A stretch of DNA of 64,000 bases from Octopus vulgaris (GCA_951406725.2 OX597820.1:15190001-15254000), one strand, 5' to 3'. Shown: positions 1-12,492, numbered from the stretch's first letter. Program-made: numbers and translations. Notes: generated from the letters alone by a model not told the origin.

Positions 1-175
1 GGTCGATATAATCGACTTAATCCGTTTGTCTGTCCTCTCTGTGTTTAGCCCCTTGTGGGTAGTAAAGGAATAGAAATAGGTACTTCGTCCCTCTTTACAT
101 TCTGATTTGAAATTCCACCGAGGTCAACTTTGCCTTTCATCTTACCGAAGTCGATAATATAAAAGAACCAGTTGA
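1..175 (+). mobile_element. tRNA-derived SINE fragments (family C)
   Basis: Matches the tail and core (gaggtcaactttgcctttcatc) of the copy at 26323-26558. Confidence 0.75.
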
Positions 176-244
176 ATCCGGAACCATGTGGTTGGAAAGC
201 AAACTACTTACCACACAGCCATTCCTGTGCCTACAAAGCATGTG

Positions 245-301
245 CTCCCAGGCCGGGAATTGAACCTGGGCTGCCTGGGTGAAAGCCAGGAATCCTAACC
301 A
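245..301 (-). pseudogene. 5'-truncated tRNA-Glu(TTC) pseudogene
   Basis: Minus strand GGTTAGGATTCCTGG-CT-TTC-AC-CCAGGCAGCCCAGGTTCAATTCCCGGCCTGGGA: intact anticodon arm, T-stem mismatch, 5' acceptor strand replaced by (TA)n. Confidence 0.8.
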
Positions 302-919
302 TATATATATATATTCTTAATCACATAGCCACATAGCTCATAAAATGAAACAGACTGGTCTGCACCAAGTCAAAAACTTACGCTAATATATTGGTTTGAA
401 ACTCAGGTTGGGGTAGGGCCAAGTCGATTACACCAACCCCAGTGCACAACTGGTACTTATTTTATAGTGAGGCACTTGTGCTTGTTCTTCTATTGTACTT
501 TAGCCTCTCAGCATCTGGCTTAAAGCCACCTACTCCCACCCCATACATAGTTGAGGGGACTCTTTCGTGTCCAGCTGTCTTGCAAGTTACTTTGACAACC
601 TCACTGGTGCCAGTAGCACGAAACAAAGCACTCAATATACATTGTAAAGTGCTTGGCATTAGGAACATCATCAAGCTGTAGAAACCATGCCAAAGTCAAC
701 ACTGGAACTCAATTGTGACTCACTGGGTTCTGTCAAACCATCAAATCCGATACCAATATGAAAAACATGTTAAATGATGATATGACGATGAAAATAATTT
801 TTATACCTATTTTCAATTTAAATAAGTACAAAGACTATGATAATTGTTAGCCCAATAAAGTTTACAAACTTATTATCAGAAAACTGTTGTACAATATTTA
901 CTTTCTTTTTGCTTCCAGA

Positions 920-1215
920 CATCATCATCATCATTTAACGTCCGCTTTCCATGCTATCATGGGTTGCACAATTTGACTGAGGTCTGGCGAACCAGATGGC
1001 TGTACCAGACTCCAATCTGATCTGGCAGAGTTTCTACAGCTGGATGCCCTTCCTAACGTCAACCACTCTGAGAGTGTAGTGGGTGCTTTTACGTGCCACC
1101 AGCAAGAAGGCCAGTCAGGCGGTATTGGCAACGGCCATGCTCAAATGGTGCTTTTTACGTGCCACCTGCACAGGAGCCAGTCCAGCGGCACTGACAACGA
1201 CCTTGCTCGAATGTT
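920..1215 (-). mobile_element. (GAT)n-tailed retroposon (family B; SINE or LINE 3' end)
   Basis: catcatcat-ttaacgtccgctttccatgc...ggatgcccttcctaacg recurs more than 12 times in the window; flanked by (CAT)5 on both sides. Confidence 0.85.
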
Positions 1216-3267
1216 TTTTTTTTTATCTAAAGCATCATCATCATCATATGATGATCAAGGAAGGTGAAAAATTTTTTTTATCACCGCTGTATAAATCTTC
1301 CGTTTGTAATTTGAATTCTGCCATTAATGAGGACTGCTTCCGTTCTGGCACATCTGATGAAGTAGATGCTGAGGTATCGATTCATACTTGCCATTTAAAG
1401 GTTAACGACTTACCACCGCTTCATCATAATACAATAGAGAAACAATTGGAATTACATCGATGACAAGAAGATACTCCAGGTTGTTTTTAATAACTAAAGC
1501 TTTATTCTAACTTGACATGCACAAAATTTAAGAAAATAGAAAAAAAAAAAAAAATCAAATAAAGACAATGAAATTAAAAGAAAGAAACAATAAAAACTTG
1601 AAATAAATAAATTCAATTAAAACTTTACTATAGTCAAAAACTAATACAATATTTGTCATTAAAAAAAAATTAATAATTAAAATGTTTCTATTGATATTGT
1701 TTAATATAAAATGTCTTTCTCTTAGGATTTGTAACATGCCTCATGAAAAAACTTCCAGAATATAAGGGTTCATCTTTTACTTTTGGTTTTTTTTTCTTGA
1801 GCCAGAATTATCTGGCTGTTTGTTTTACTTTATCAGTTTTGTTTTACCTCATAAGTCCTGCAAAACCACAGATGAACTATAAAATATTTGTATATATATA
1901 TATAAGTGCATGTTTGTATGTGTACATATATACATATATATTTATACACACACTCATGCAAAACAGTTCCTTGTTTTAATTATATATGCATTTTTTTTAT
2001 TAAAAAAAAAAAAAAAGAGAAATTCCAGCAATCCAGTGCCATTAAAAACAGAACCAAAGAAAGACTTTATCTTTCATCAGTATGCCTCCAGGGCAATTGT
2101 TTGTGTAACGAAATGGGAGAGACTATAAGATAAAAATGAAGGGTTTATAATATAAGGAAAGAGAAGGTGTATGAGAAGAAATGAAAGACGTTAGAAAAGA
2201 AAAAGAAAAAATGGAAGAAAATGAATGGATGGGGGTGAGGGGGAGAGAAAACAGGCAAACAAGAGGAAAAAATGTTTGAAGATAGAAAAATGTCAAACGT
2301 TAGAATCTGAAACAAGAGTCATTGGTAAGAGTTTTGTGGTAGCAGCAGATAAGAAATGGAAGTTCTGAAACAGGGAGAAATCTAAATGCTATTTGGCAGT
2401 CATTATTGGAACGATAATGTCACATGGGAGAATGGTAAGGAGACAGATGGACACCAAAGTGGTTAATGAAGAGAAAAACCAAACAAACAACAGCAACAAA
2501 AAAAAAAAAAATACTAGTTCCATGATGGTACTTCCCAACTCTTTGTTAATTTTAAAGATTTTCTCAAAAAATGTATGAAATGATGGGGAGTAAATAATGT
2601 GATTACAGATACACACGTGTGTGTGTGTGTGTGTTTGTGTGAGAGAGTAAAGGTGTTAGTCTAAGTCATCTTGATATGGACTTTATTTTGTACAAAACTC
2701 TTCTTCGTACACTCGCATACAGTTAATTCACATCTAAAGTGTCCGGTTATTCACAAATTTAGGCACACAGCACATTCCCCCATCCATCCATCCACATACA
2801 CACACACATACATATAATTTAATGTACACAGTATACAGTTACGAGCTACCAACAGTTTCATGCATTGGAGATGTTTCATGCATTGTCCAGGCAAGCTTTA
2901 ATAACACACCTTGCATCTCCAAGCAACCTTCAGGCTCTCACTGAATGGAATACTTTTCTTTTGTTGATCTGGCCTTAAGGGAAAAGTAAACTATAAATCA
3001 GTTACGTCATAAGAATTTAGAAACTTCAAGAGAAATCTATTGTGTTTTATAGTGGAACTCAAAGTAGAAAAGCTATAAATAGTACTGTGTAGAATATTGT
3101 GTTGGAAACCCTAAGGATAAATAATTTTACAGAAGATGTAGGTTCATGTCCCACAAAAAGCCTTTGACTTTTTTCATCCAAGGGTGTTTTTATCATAATA
3201 TTTACATGTTTTATCTACCTCTAGTAATATTTCATATATATATATATATATATATTTCATTTGTGGG

Positions 3268-3412
3268 TTAACAAGGCAACCAATGGTTTCATGCAAACAG
3301 AGCTTCACAATTGTTCAAGTGTGCCACATGGAAATGAGTACTAACACTTCCATGTGACATACTTCAACAATTGTGAAGATCTCTTCACATGAAACAATTG
3401 GTTGCTTGTTAA
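3268..3412. repeat. Long imperfect inverted repeat (about 66-bp arms, 14-nt loop)
   Basis: 3268-3333 is the reverse complement of 3348-3412 with scattered mismatches. Confidence 0.9.
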
Positions 3413-5241
3413 ACTAAAAATAAAGAATATTTATCCACTAATGCTGTGTTGAGCACTCATTCTCAATGTTTGATATCAGCAGTGTGTGTGTGTGTGTATC
3501 ACATTGCATTTATATGTCTTTGGATTTAGCTCAAATGAGGCTACAACAAACAACCTAAGCTTACTGCCTAAACTATCAACTTGAAATTATAAGAAAATCA
3601 ACACAAACACCTACCTGCATATTTACAATGAATACATACACATAGCTATACGTAGAGGTATCATTAGTAAATTAATTAATAAGAAATCTAAATAGGAAAA
3701 TGAATCAGAGTGACTTGTTTTATATAATTCCTGTGATATTATACAGGTTCCTGAGTTTTGTACAAATTACAGTCAACTATTCACAGCATAAGAAGATAAT
3801 CCTGACTGAATTTCTTAATCCTTTCTGGTATGAATCCAAGGCCTGCTTGGGGACTATACCACAAGAGATTTATTTTATATTTCAGCACACCAAATATCTA
3901 AAATTAAAATAAAATATTAACAACCCCACAAAAAACCACAGGTATTTTTCAAGTCAATTACAGATTCATTTAAATTGTTTTATAAGGGAAACTTATGAAA
4001 TTAAAATTGCGTTCTCTTTCTATGCTTAGACAGTAATGATTTTCTCTTGTTATGAAGAAACCTTGTTATAGTTTACACACACATTATACACTATATTTTG
4101 GTGGGAAAGAAACAAGAGGCAAAAAAGAAAACCAGGTAATCTGAAGAAAATAACATGATATTGAACAATCAGCAATGAAGACAAACCAAATAGGTATAAA
4201 CTACCTTAAAATATAAACATTTTTTCATATATATATATATATATATATACACATACACACACACACACAAACATTTATACATACATGTTTATATGTAATA
4301 TTTTTCTTCTTCATTTCTAAAAGAAAAGTTCAACAATCATTACATAAATTAAAAAAAAAAAAGTCCAAATATTCCACCAGCACACTTAAATATCTATCTG
4401 CTTCTTTTAAGAAATCACACACAGAATATACCACTAGACAAATGTGTAGATGTGATGAATTTTGTTGCACAGAGTCAGGGAAGAGGATAAAAGCAAAGCT
4501 GAGAGCTTTTCTCTTTACTGGAAGGCACTTGGGAAGTATTACAATGCTATAGAAAGCCTAGCTTCTTGGATTCATTTTGGAAATTTATATATACATGAGA
4601 AAAATAGAAATGGTGATCAGTTTTGTCAAAGAACAAAATTAGTTGTATTATTATAATTATGTTTTTTTTCAACCATATAGGAATATGAATGAGTACGCAT
4701 GCACACAAATCAGTGTGTGTGTATGCATGCATGCGTGTGTGTACATATATATATATATATATATAGGAGAGGGACACACTGACACACAAATATGTAGACT
4801 ATATTTATATATATATATATATATACATACACACATATATACATACAAACACAGAAACACACAAACGTATATTATAGAAAGATGTATGTGTGTAGAAAGG
4901 TTTTTATCAGAAATAATCATTAGGAAGAACAATGTATATACATATACACTCAATACAAACAGTATATAATATATATGACTACTATAGAGCCATGAACCAG
5001 TGAAATCTTGTTATCTCTATAATAAATCTACACTAACACAGGATACTTTATCCACAAAGTTACACACACAAACACACAGCACTCACATATTCGAAGAAAG
5101 GAAGACAACTTGTGGTGAATCAGTCATTGAAAGCTACAGGCAGACAGTATGGAAAATATACTATTTACATATTTGTTACAAACATTAATGTGTACGTCAT
5201 TACACAGGTTTACATCTATATATTTATTTATCATTGGTGTA

Positions 5242-5754
5242 CCGTAAATCCTCGAGTATAGTCCGCTCTTGAGTATAATACACAGGGGATTTTTAGGGGC
5301 CTGTGCCTCTGAAAAACCTAAACCTTGTGTATTATACACACCCCTTCACTAACTTGAGTCAAGGAGGTATATATAAACGTCCTTAATTTGTAAAAATGTA
5401 TAAGGTAATGTCCTTTATTATAATTGTATATATAACATAATGCAAACGTGTAGTTTTTTTGGGCATTTTGTTTGCAGAAAATAAAGAAATAACAGTAATA
5501 ATGTTTAATAAATGTTGCTTATTGCAAGTTATGGGTGATTCTTTTATGACTTCATTGCTTTCTGGCTTAGCTTAAGGTATTTTCGTGTCCGACATCACAA
5601 AATGCGTCTGAATAAACATTGTCGGACAGCATACTGAGACTCGAACATTGCTTAGAAAATAATTTTCATTCTTAACCTCGTGTATAATATGCACTAGGGA
5701 TTTTGACTTTTAAATTTTGGGGAAAAAAGGCGGATTATACTCAAGGATTTACGG
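5242..5754. mobile_element. Tc1/mariner (pogo-like) MITE
   Basis: TIRs CCGTAAATCCTCGAGTATAGTCCGC / GCGGATTATACTCAAGGATTTACGG, flanked by TA at 5240-5241 and 5755-5756. Confidence 0.88.
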
Positions 5755-6959
5755 TAAATTATTTACATACTCAGTTTTTGTTTAATGGAACAGCTTGGTA
5801 TTATTTAAAAAAAATGTCCTGGATTCAGAGATAAAAGGAAAATGAAGCAGCTCTGCAGCAAAGACATATTGAACTCACTTCCTCTTCGACTGGGGGTACA
5901 ATAAATTTGCTAGGGTGTGAGTCTCTCTATCTCACACACACACATACATATATATGTATGTATGCATGTATATTTATTCAACTTTTGCAGGACAAGAGGT
6001 GACAATGACTTGAAAGCTTCATCTGCTAGCCTTTTTTTGGACTGTCCAGCAAAGGTTAGCAGGTCGAATACTTCGAAGTCACAATCACCCTCTTCTTGTA
6101 AAAGTTTAATGAAAACGTACTCTACAATATAGTATTGAGTAAATTTTCAGTTTAATATTAAACTGTCTCTCTCTCTCTCTATATATATATATAAGAACTG
6201 AATACAATTGCAATGATTTTTTTGATTAACTGTAATAATTACTATTTATTAACTACTGGCAGAACTATCCAGATATCAGTCCATGGACTAAAATATAAAT
6301 AATGCTGTGTCTTATCATGAACAAGAACACTGGACTTCAGTTCCCTCTCTTCATCATTAAGTAGTAATCTTAGAGATATAGTTTTTCTACACTCAACACA
6401 AGCACATTTTATGGGCAATAAGGATTGTGTTAGCTTGGAATGCTGACTTCAAAAGATCGGAGGTAAAAGATTCTGTGAAAAACTAGGTTTATCAACAGGT
6501 TTCACAAAGTCCATTAAAAAAAAACTAGTGTTTAATGCCTTGAAATTCTGGATAAGACCCACCACAGCATATCTTGCTTATTGCTAGCAAGTCTGTCAGA
6601 AGTATGTGACCTACACAATGATCTGGGGGTGAAATGTAATCACTTAAAATTAAACTCGATCAACAAACCTACTAGCTAACATCTCACCATCACCTCATCA
6701 TCTTAATCTCTAAGATGACTGAATCACGACATAAATGAATGATTTAGGTTTAAAGGTAGAGTTCCTGATGTGATTGCTTTCAAAAATACTAAAACTGATG
6801 CTGAGAGAAACTGGGACAAAGATTTTTAGGGAGAAATTAGAGTAGAGAATTATATTAAACCAACCAAAACTGTGGTCAGACAACACAAATTCAGAAGTTA
6901 TTAATACATTATTAATAAATACTAGTTGTTTTAGTGAAATAACGAAGGGTAATATCATT

Positions 6960-7300
6960 ATCACCATCATTGAACATCTGTTGGTCTGGGTTGAGGGGTT
7001 GACAGGAGCTGGCAAGCGAGAGGACTGTACCAAGCTCCAGTGTATGTTTTAGCAAGATTTCTATGGCTGGGATGCTCTTCCTGTCACCAACCACTTTACA
7101 GAGTGTACTGTGCTTTTTGCATGGCACCAGCACTAGTGAGGTGACCAAGTAACTTGCAAGACAAGACCCCCTTCAACTGAGGGGCTGGTGGTGATATCGA
7201 GAGAGGTGGTTCTATGCCAGGTGCTGAGAAGCTAAAGTATGACAGAAGGACAGAAAGAGGTTTTCTTGCTGTAGAGAGATACATGGTTATCCCAATTGGA
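6960..7300 (-). mobile_element. Diverged family-B retroposon
   Basis: ggctgggatgctcttcctgtcaccaaccactttacagagtgtact core with (CAT)-like tail. Confidence 0.7.
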
Positions 7301-7577
7301 AAAGAATCAATGGTGGTGAAGATGTTTCAGGGATCAGTCTCAAATTACAGAAAGGGGACAAGTAGAAATATAATGTAACTTATGTAACTGTTGTGATATA
7401 CAAGGATAACATTGTTGGTGAGAGTAAACAAATTATTTACTACTGTAACTAAGTAAATTATGACTCTTTTTTTTTTACTAAAGCCTTATTCATCTATAGA
7501 TAGCGACCTAAGGTTGGAATATATGACACACGCTGAAATGCTTCATAAATTTATGTTTAAAACTATTATATAAATAA

Positions 7578-8010
7578 GGGCAGCGGTGGCTGTATGAGTA
7601 AGAAGCTTGCCTCTCAACCATGTAGTCTCAGGTTCAGTTCCACTATACAGTACCTTGGGCAAGTATTTTCTACTATTGCCAGAGGCTGACCAGAGCCTTG
7701 CGAGTAGATTTGAGAGAAGGATACTGGAAGAAGTCCACTGTGCATGCACATGCACATGTGTGTGTGTGTAGCCTTGTCTTGACATCACATGATGGCTGTG
7801 AATCAGCATTATCGTCACACAGACAATGCTGTTTGTTTCCAGTCTTCTGTGAACCACATGTCTGGTCACAGGGTAATATTACCTCACTAGGAAACAAGTG
7901 AAGGTTGGTGACAGGAAGGGCATCCAGCTGGAGAAAATCTGCCTCAGTAGTAAATTCTGTCTGACCCATGCAAATATGGAAACGGGGACATCAAATGATG
8001 ATGATGATGA
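7578..8010 (+). mobile_element. tRNA-derived SINE (family A head) with (GAT)n tail
   Basis: Head ggctgtatgagtaagaagcttgc...ggttcagttcc (A/B-box-like); tail ...tcaaatgatgatgatg. Confidence 0.75.
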
Positions 8011-8575
8011 TGAGGAGGAGGAGGAGGAGGAGAGATAAGACGATAGGAGGAAAATGGCAACAGAACTTGTGTCCAATACAGAATTTTCATATATCACTGG
8101 CGACCAAGAACTGATATTCACCAAACTTAAAAATATAGACATTATAACATTATGAACAATACATGAAGATATACAGTGCAGCAAATATGGAAGACAACTG
8201 TTGAATGAACTTTAAGAAAAGACAATGATTAAAAAAAAAAGGTGTGTGTGTGGGGGGTATTAGGGGTACGTATGAAATGAATCAGGAATCAAGGGGTTTA
8301 CTTGTAAGTTGCTCTTACAAGTTTGTGTGTTTGTTATTCTGAATCAAGCCTGCTCTGTATACTATGACCAGTATTTGAAAGGAAAATAAAAAAAACATAT
8401 TTGAACTACATGAATACGAGAGATCCAAGCAGATCATCAGACAACTGGTTTCATAGGCACTAACAGACATCTATGAATGTGTTCGTTGCTTTCTTTTTGA
8501 TATCTTTTTTGTTTTTAAAATGAAAGGGTAACCGAGGATTTTGTTTTGTTAATCTTTTTTTCTTTACTTACTGGG

Positions 8576-8617
<42 letters not shown>

Positions 8618-8792
8618 TAAAAATAATAATGATGATGATGATAATAACATAAGGGAGCAAAGGAGAAGAATTAAGACTCGAATGCCTCAAATTTTATTTA
8701 AAAAAAAAAGCTAGAAATGAATGACTTGTTTGCCAGTGATGAGGGAGTGAAACTGTGTGCATGTATGTATGTATGTATGTGTGTGTGTATAT

Positions 8793-8823
<31 letters not shown>

Positions 8824-9810
8824 GTAGAGCAGTAGATGTCAGTCATAGTCGGATGAAAACATTTACCTTTAGAAATATTTATTTTACAAATGATATACAG
8901 CAAACCTATTCAGACTATTGTATTAAGAAATGAATGTATGAAAATAATTCTCTTTCGATGAAATCATGGTGTAAATCTTTGTGTAGAAATTACCATAGAA
9001 ATATTTGTAAATTATCATCATAAAATGCATCTTTGCAATGTATTGAGTACGCCTGATTGTTGAAGAAAAAAAAAATTCTATTCAGAAAGACATTGAAATT
9101 TAGTTATTATATTGTCAGATTTTTAAAAGACAATGAAGTTATAAATAAAAATTTTGTTTGTCTGTTGGTTTATGCTAATCCAACATTAAAAACATTTACA
9201 TTTTATATAAAAATTTCCCATCGTTTTTGTGGGTTATTTTTTAAATAATTTTCTTCTTCAGAGAAATAAAGAATATGAGATACTGAGAGAAATAAAACAG
9301 AACCACAAATTTATGGTATGAGAAACTTATTAGAACTGAAAGCTAAAAGAGCAGGAGAAGAGTAGAGAAATAAATGATAATTAAATATCAAATATTTATA
9401 TATTTTTGATATCACACAAGAAACATGAAACTAAGTAAATAGTTTCAATATGAAAAAATAGAGCAATTAGGTGGGTAGAAACATGATAAATGAAACTAAT
9501 TAAAAGAAAACGGTAATTCCCCTACTTTACAGATCCTACTTTCAAACTGCAAGTTTTAAGGAGGATAATTTAAAGTAAGGAGGAGGGCAGTTTAGCTTTG
9601 GTAAAACAGATAATAAAGCTATCTTCCAGAACTTGCTCAGGTGTATTGATAAAAATTAAATCAGAATGACTAAAAAGAAAAAAAAAAGGGGGGGTGGTGC
9701 TAAAAATCTAAGTAGAAAATTCAGGAACTGGAAAGAATGGTATCCAAAAACAAAATTGGTAGCATAACCAGTTGTAGAAGTAGTAACAGTAGAAAAAAAA
9801 AAAAAAAAAT

Positions 9811-10021
9811 CCTTCCTACTTTAGGCACAAAGCCTCAAATTTTGGGGGTGGGAGCTACTTAATTGCGTAGACCTCAGTACTTTACTGGTACCTATTTTAT
9901 CAACCCTGAAGGGATGAAAGGTAAAGGTGATCTGGGCGATATTTGAACTAAAAAATGTAGGGAGCCGGGAGAAATGCTGTAAGTATTTCATCCAACACAA
10001 TAACAATTCTGCCAGCTCGCT
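9811..10021 (-). mobile_element. tRNA-derived SINE (family C, microsatellite-flanked tail) in the presumed 3' UTR
   Basis: ggcacaaagcc...gaagggatgaaaggtaaagg...ttctgccagctcgc. Confidence 0.8.
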
Positions 10022-10202
10022 ACAGTAGTAGTAGTAGTAATAATAATAATAGTAGCATATTTAATGTGATGATGATGACAATGATGATTGTAGGTTTGAC
10101 TATAAACAGCAAAGGCTCATTCCTAGAATGCAAAGAATCCAAATTTCGATTGTGTTGTATATCAAAAGGCTGGTGGTATCTGTTGTTGGAGATCAAGGAG
10201 AA

Positions 10203-10256
10203 TTAAACATTCGATGTTGGTACATTTTCTAAGAACTTCTCTTGTGACAACATTAC
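10203..10256 (-). CDS. PPFIBP1: Liprin-beta last coding exon (VMLSQEKFLENVPTSNV*)
   Basis: Acceptor ttctccgttgtccattgtag, phase 0, TAA at 10205-10203; ends in SNV like vertebrate liprin-beta1. Confidence 0.88.
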   Translation of the reverse strand, partial: VMLSQEKFLENVPTSNV

Positions 10257-10952
10257 CTACAATGGACAACGGAGAATAAACAGATTAAAAAACTTCACAA
10301 GGGAAATAGTTGAAGCTGGTTAAACTATAACAACACCAGTAGTAGTAGTAGTGGTATTAGTAGTGCCAGCAGGCGATTATTTTATATTAATTTCAAAGGA
10401 AAAAAAAAAAAAAAATTTAAATACAACTCTTAAAACAAAAATCACAAAAAATAATCAAAAACACAACACAACAACAAAAAAAACACCATTCTCCCTTCAC
10501 CTTTAATTATGGCACCAAAAACCGGAAATGTTAAAGAAAAAAATGTTATAGAATTGTGACTATTCCTGATATGATGTTTTTTTTTTATTTAATGCTGAAC
10601 AAATGTAAAAAGCACCCATGGTGGCACCGGATAAAAAGTACTTGAGCCAACACCACTGAAAAAGCACCTGTGCTGGTACCACATAAAAAAGGAGCCAGTA
10701 TACTCTGTGAAGTGGTTGGTTTTAGGAAGGGCACCCAGCAATAGATACCGTGCCAAAACAGACGATTGGAGCTTGGTACAAACCTCTGGCTTGCCAGCTC
10801 TTGTCAAACCGTGCAACCCATGACAGCATAGAAGACAGACATTAAATGATGGTGAAACCTGTGACATAAGAGTAGGTGATTGAACATTCTAGAGAGACAC
10901 ACAGATCCAGCATTCAAGTTTCAAATCTGATAGGTAGCTGGTATATAATATT

Positions 10953-11185
10953 TATTTCTTTACTGCCCACAGGGGGTTAAACACAGAGGGGACAAACAAG
11001 GACAGACAAATGGATTAAGTCGATTACATCGACCCCAGTACGCAACTGGTACTTAATTTATCGACCCCGAAAAGATGAAAGGCTAAGTCGACCTTGGCGA
11101 AATTTGAACTCAGTACGTAGCAGCAGACAAAATACCGGTAAGCATTTCGCCCGGCGTGCTAACGATTCTGTCAGCTCACCACCCT
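10953..11185 (-). mobile_element. Full-length family-C SINE with 16-bp TSD
   Basis: TSD gctggtatataatatt at 10937-10952 and 11186-11201. Confidence 0.9.
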
Positions 11186-11223
11186 GCTGGTATATAATAT
11201 TATCAGCAGTCAGGACAGGTTAA

Positions 11224-11442
11224 CCCTTTAGTATTTAAACCGGCCATATCCGGCCAAAATAGCTAATCTGTTTTATGTTCAAACTGACCAGATCCAGGCT
11301 CTCACACCTACCCCACAATGTTATTCTACATGAAGTAATTACACCATCAAGATCTTGAAGATATGAGATAATGCATGATTAATTCAAATCAATGGGAATC
11401 AATAAGCATTATGTTTGATAGAATAATCTGAACACTAAAGGG
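11224..11442. mobile_element. piggyBac-type MITE (family P2)
   Basis: TTAA-CCCTTTAG ... CTAAAGGG-TTAT; homologous to 57047-57220 and 61012-61232. Confidence 0.85.
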
Positions 11443-11989
11443 TTATATTTAGTCTTTTCTCTGATGTACCAGAAAGGAGGTCTTGGAATGAGAAAATTGG
11501 TGCAGCTGTTTGAATGCTGCTGATTTGGCATGGTTGACCCTGTTTTTGACAATAGCTTTCAGCACTGGAGGCAAACATAATACACACAAGTACACATGCA
11601 CAGAAATATTCGCATAAATAGTGTGAAAGAGATAGATTATAATATATAAATTGAACACAATTGATAAAACCCTTTCCCTTTTATACACATGGAGAAATTA
11701 ACTGGTGCTCCATCAGTTATGCTGATGATGGTTCCAGCCAATCTGATCAACAGAACAGCCAACTCGTGGAATTAATGTGCAAGTGGCTGGGCAATCCACA
11801 GATATGCGTACCCATAACATAATTTTCCGGGAGATTCAGTGTGACTTCTTACCACATAGCCACGCCTGTGTTCATGTCTAGATTAATTGGAAAAAATAGT
11901 AATGAAATGATTTAGTGTTGGAGTAAATGTGATGGAATGTCACTAATGAGTCTCAGTGTTGGTCAATAAGTGTGTGTGCACCTTGGGGG

Positions 11990-12492
11990 TGCAGAGAGCA
12001 CCATACGAGTGTGATCGTTGACAGAGCGGCTAACCGGCTTCTGTGCCAGTGGCACATAAGAGGCACCATTCAGGTGTGATCGTTATCAGCGTCGCCTTAC
12101 TGGCACTTGTGCTCGTGCTAGTAGGGTGCTAAGAACACCATCCGAGCGTGATCGTTGCCAAAGTGGCTAACTGGCTTCCGTGTCGGTGGCACGTAAAAGG
12201 CACTATTCGAGCATGACCGTTACCAGTGTTGCCTTACTGGTACCTGTGCCGGTGGCATGTGTAAAAAGACTTGAGTGAGGTCGTTGCTAGTACCACCTGA
12301 CTGGCCCCATGCCGGTGGTACGTAAAAGCACCCACTACACTCTCGGAGTGGTTGGCGTTAGAAAGGGCATCAAGCTGTAGAAACTGCCAGATCAAGATTG
12401 GTACCTGGTGCAGCCATCTGGTTTGCCAGCCCTCAGTCAAAATCGTCCAACCTATGCTAGTATGGAAAGCGGACGTTAAATGATGATGATGA
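11990..12492 (+). mobile_element. Family-B retroposon with internal modular repeats
   Basis: Repeated gtgccggtggcacgtaaaa(g)gcacc modules, then conserved 3' end ggacgttaaatgatgatgat. Confidence 0.85.

Noticed and set aside
11990-12330. Repeat-spacer pattern resembling a CRISPR array
   Set aside because: Eukaryotic context, degenerate repeats, mutually similar spacers, no cas genes; it lies inside a retroposon.
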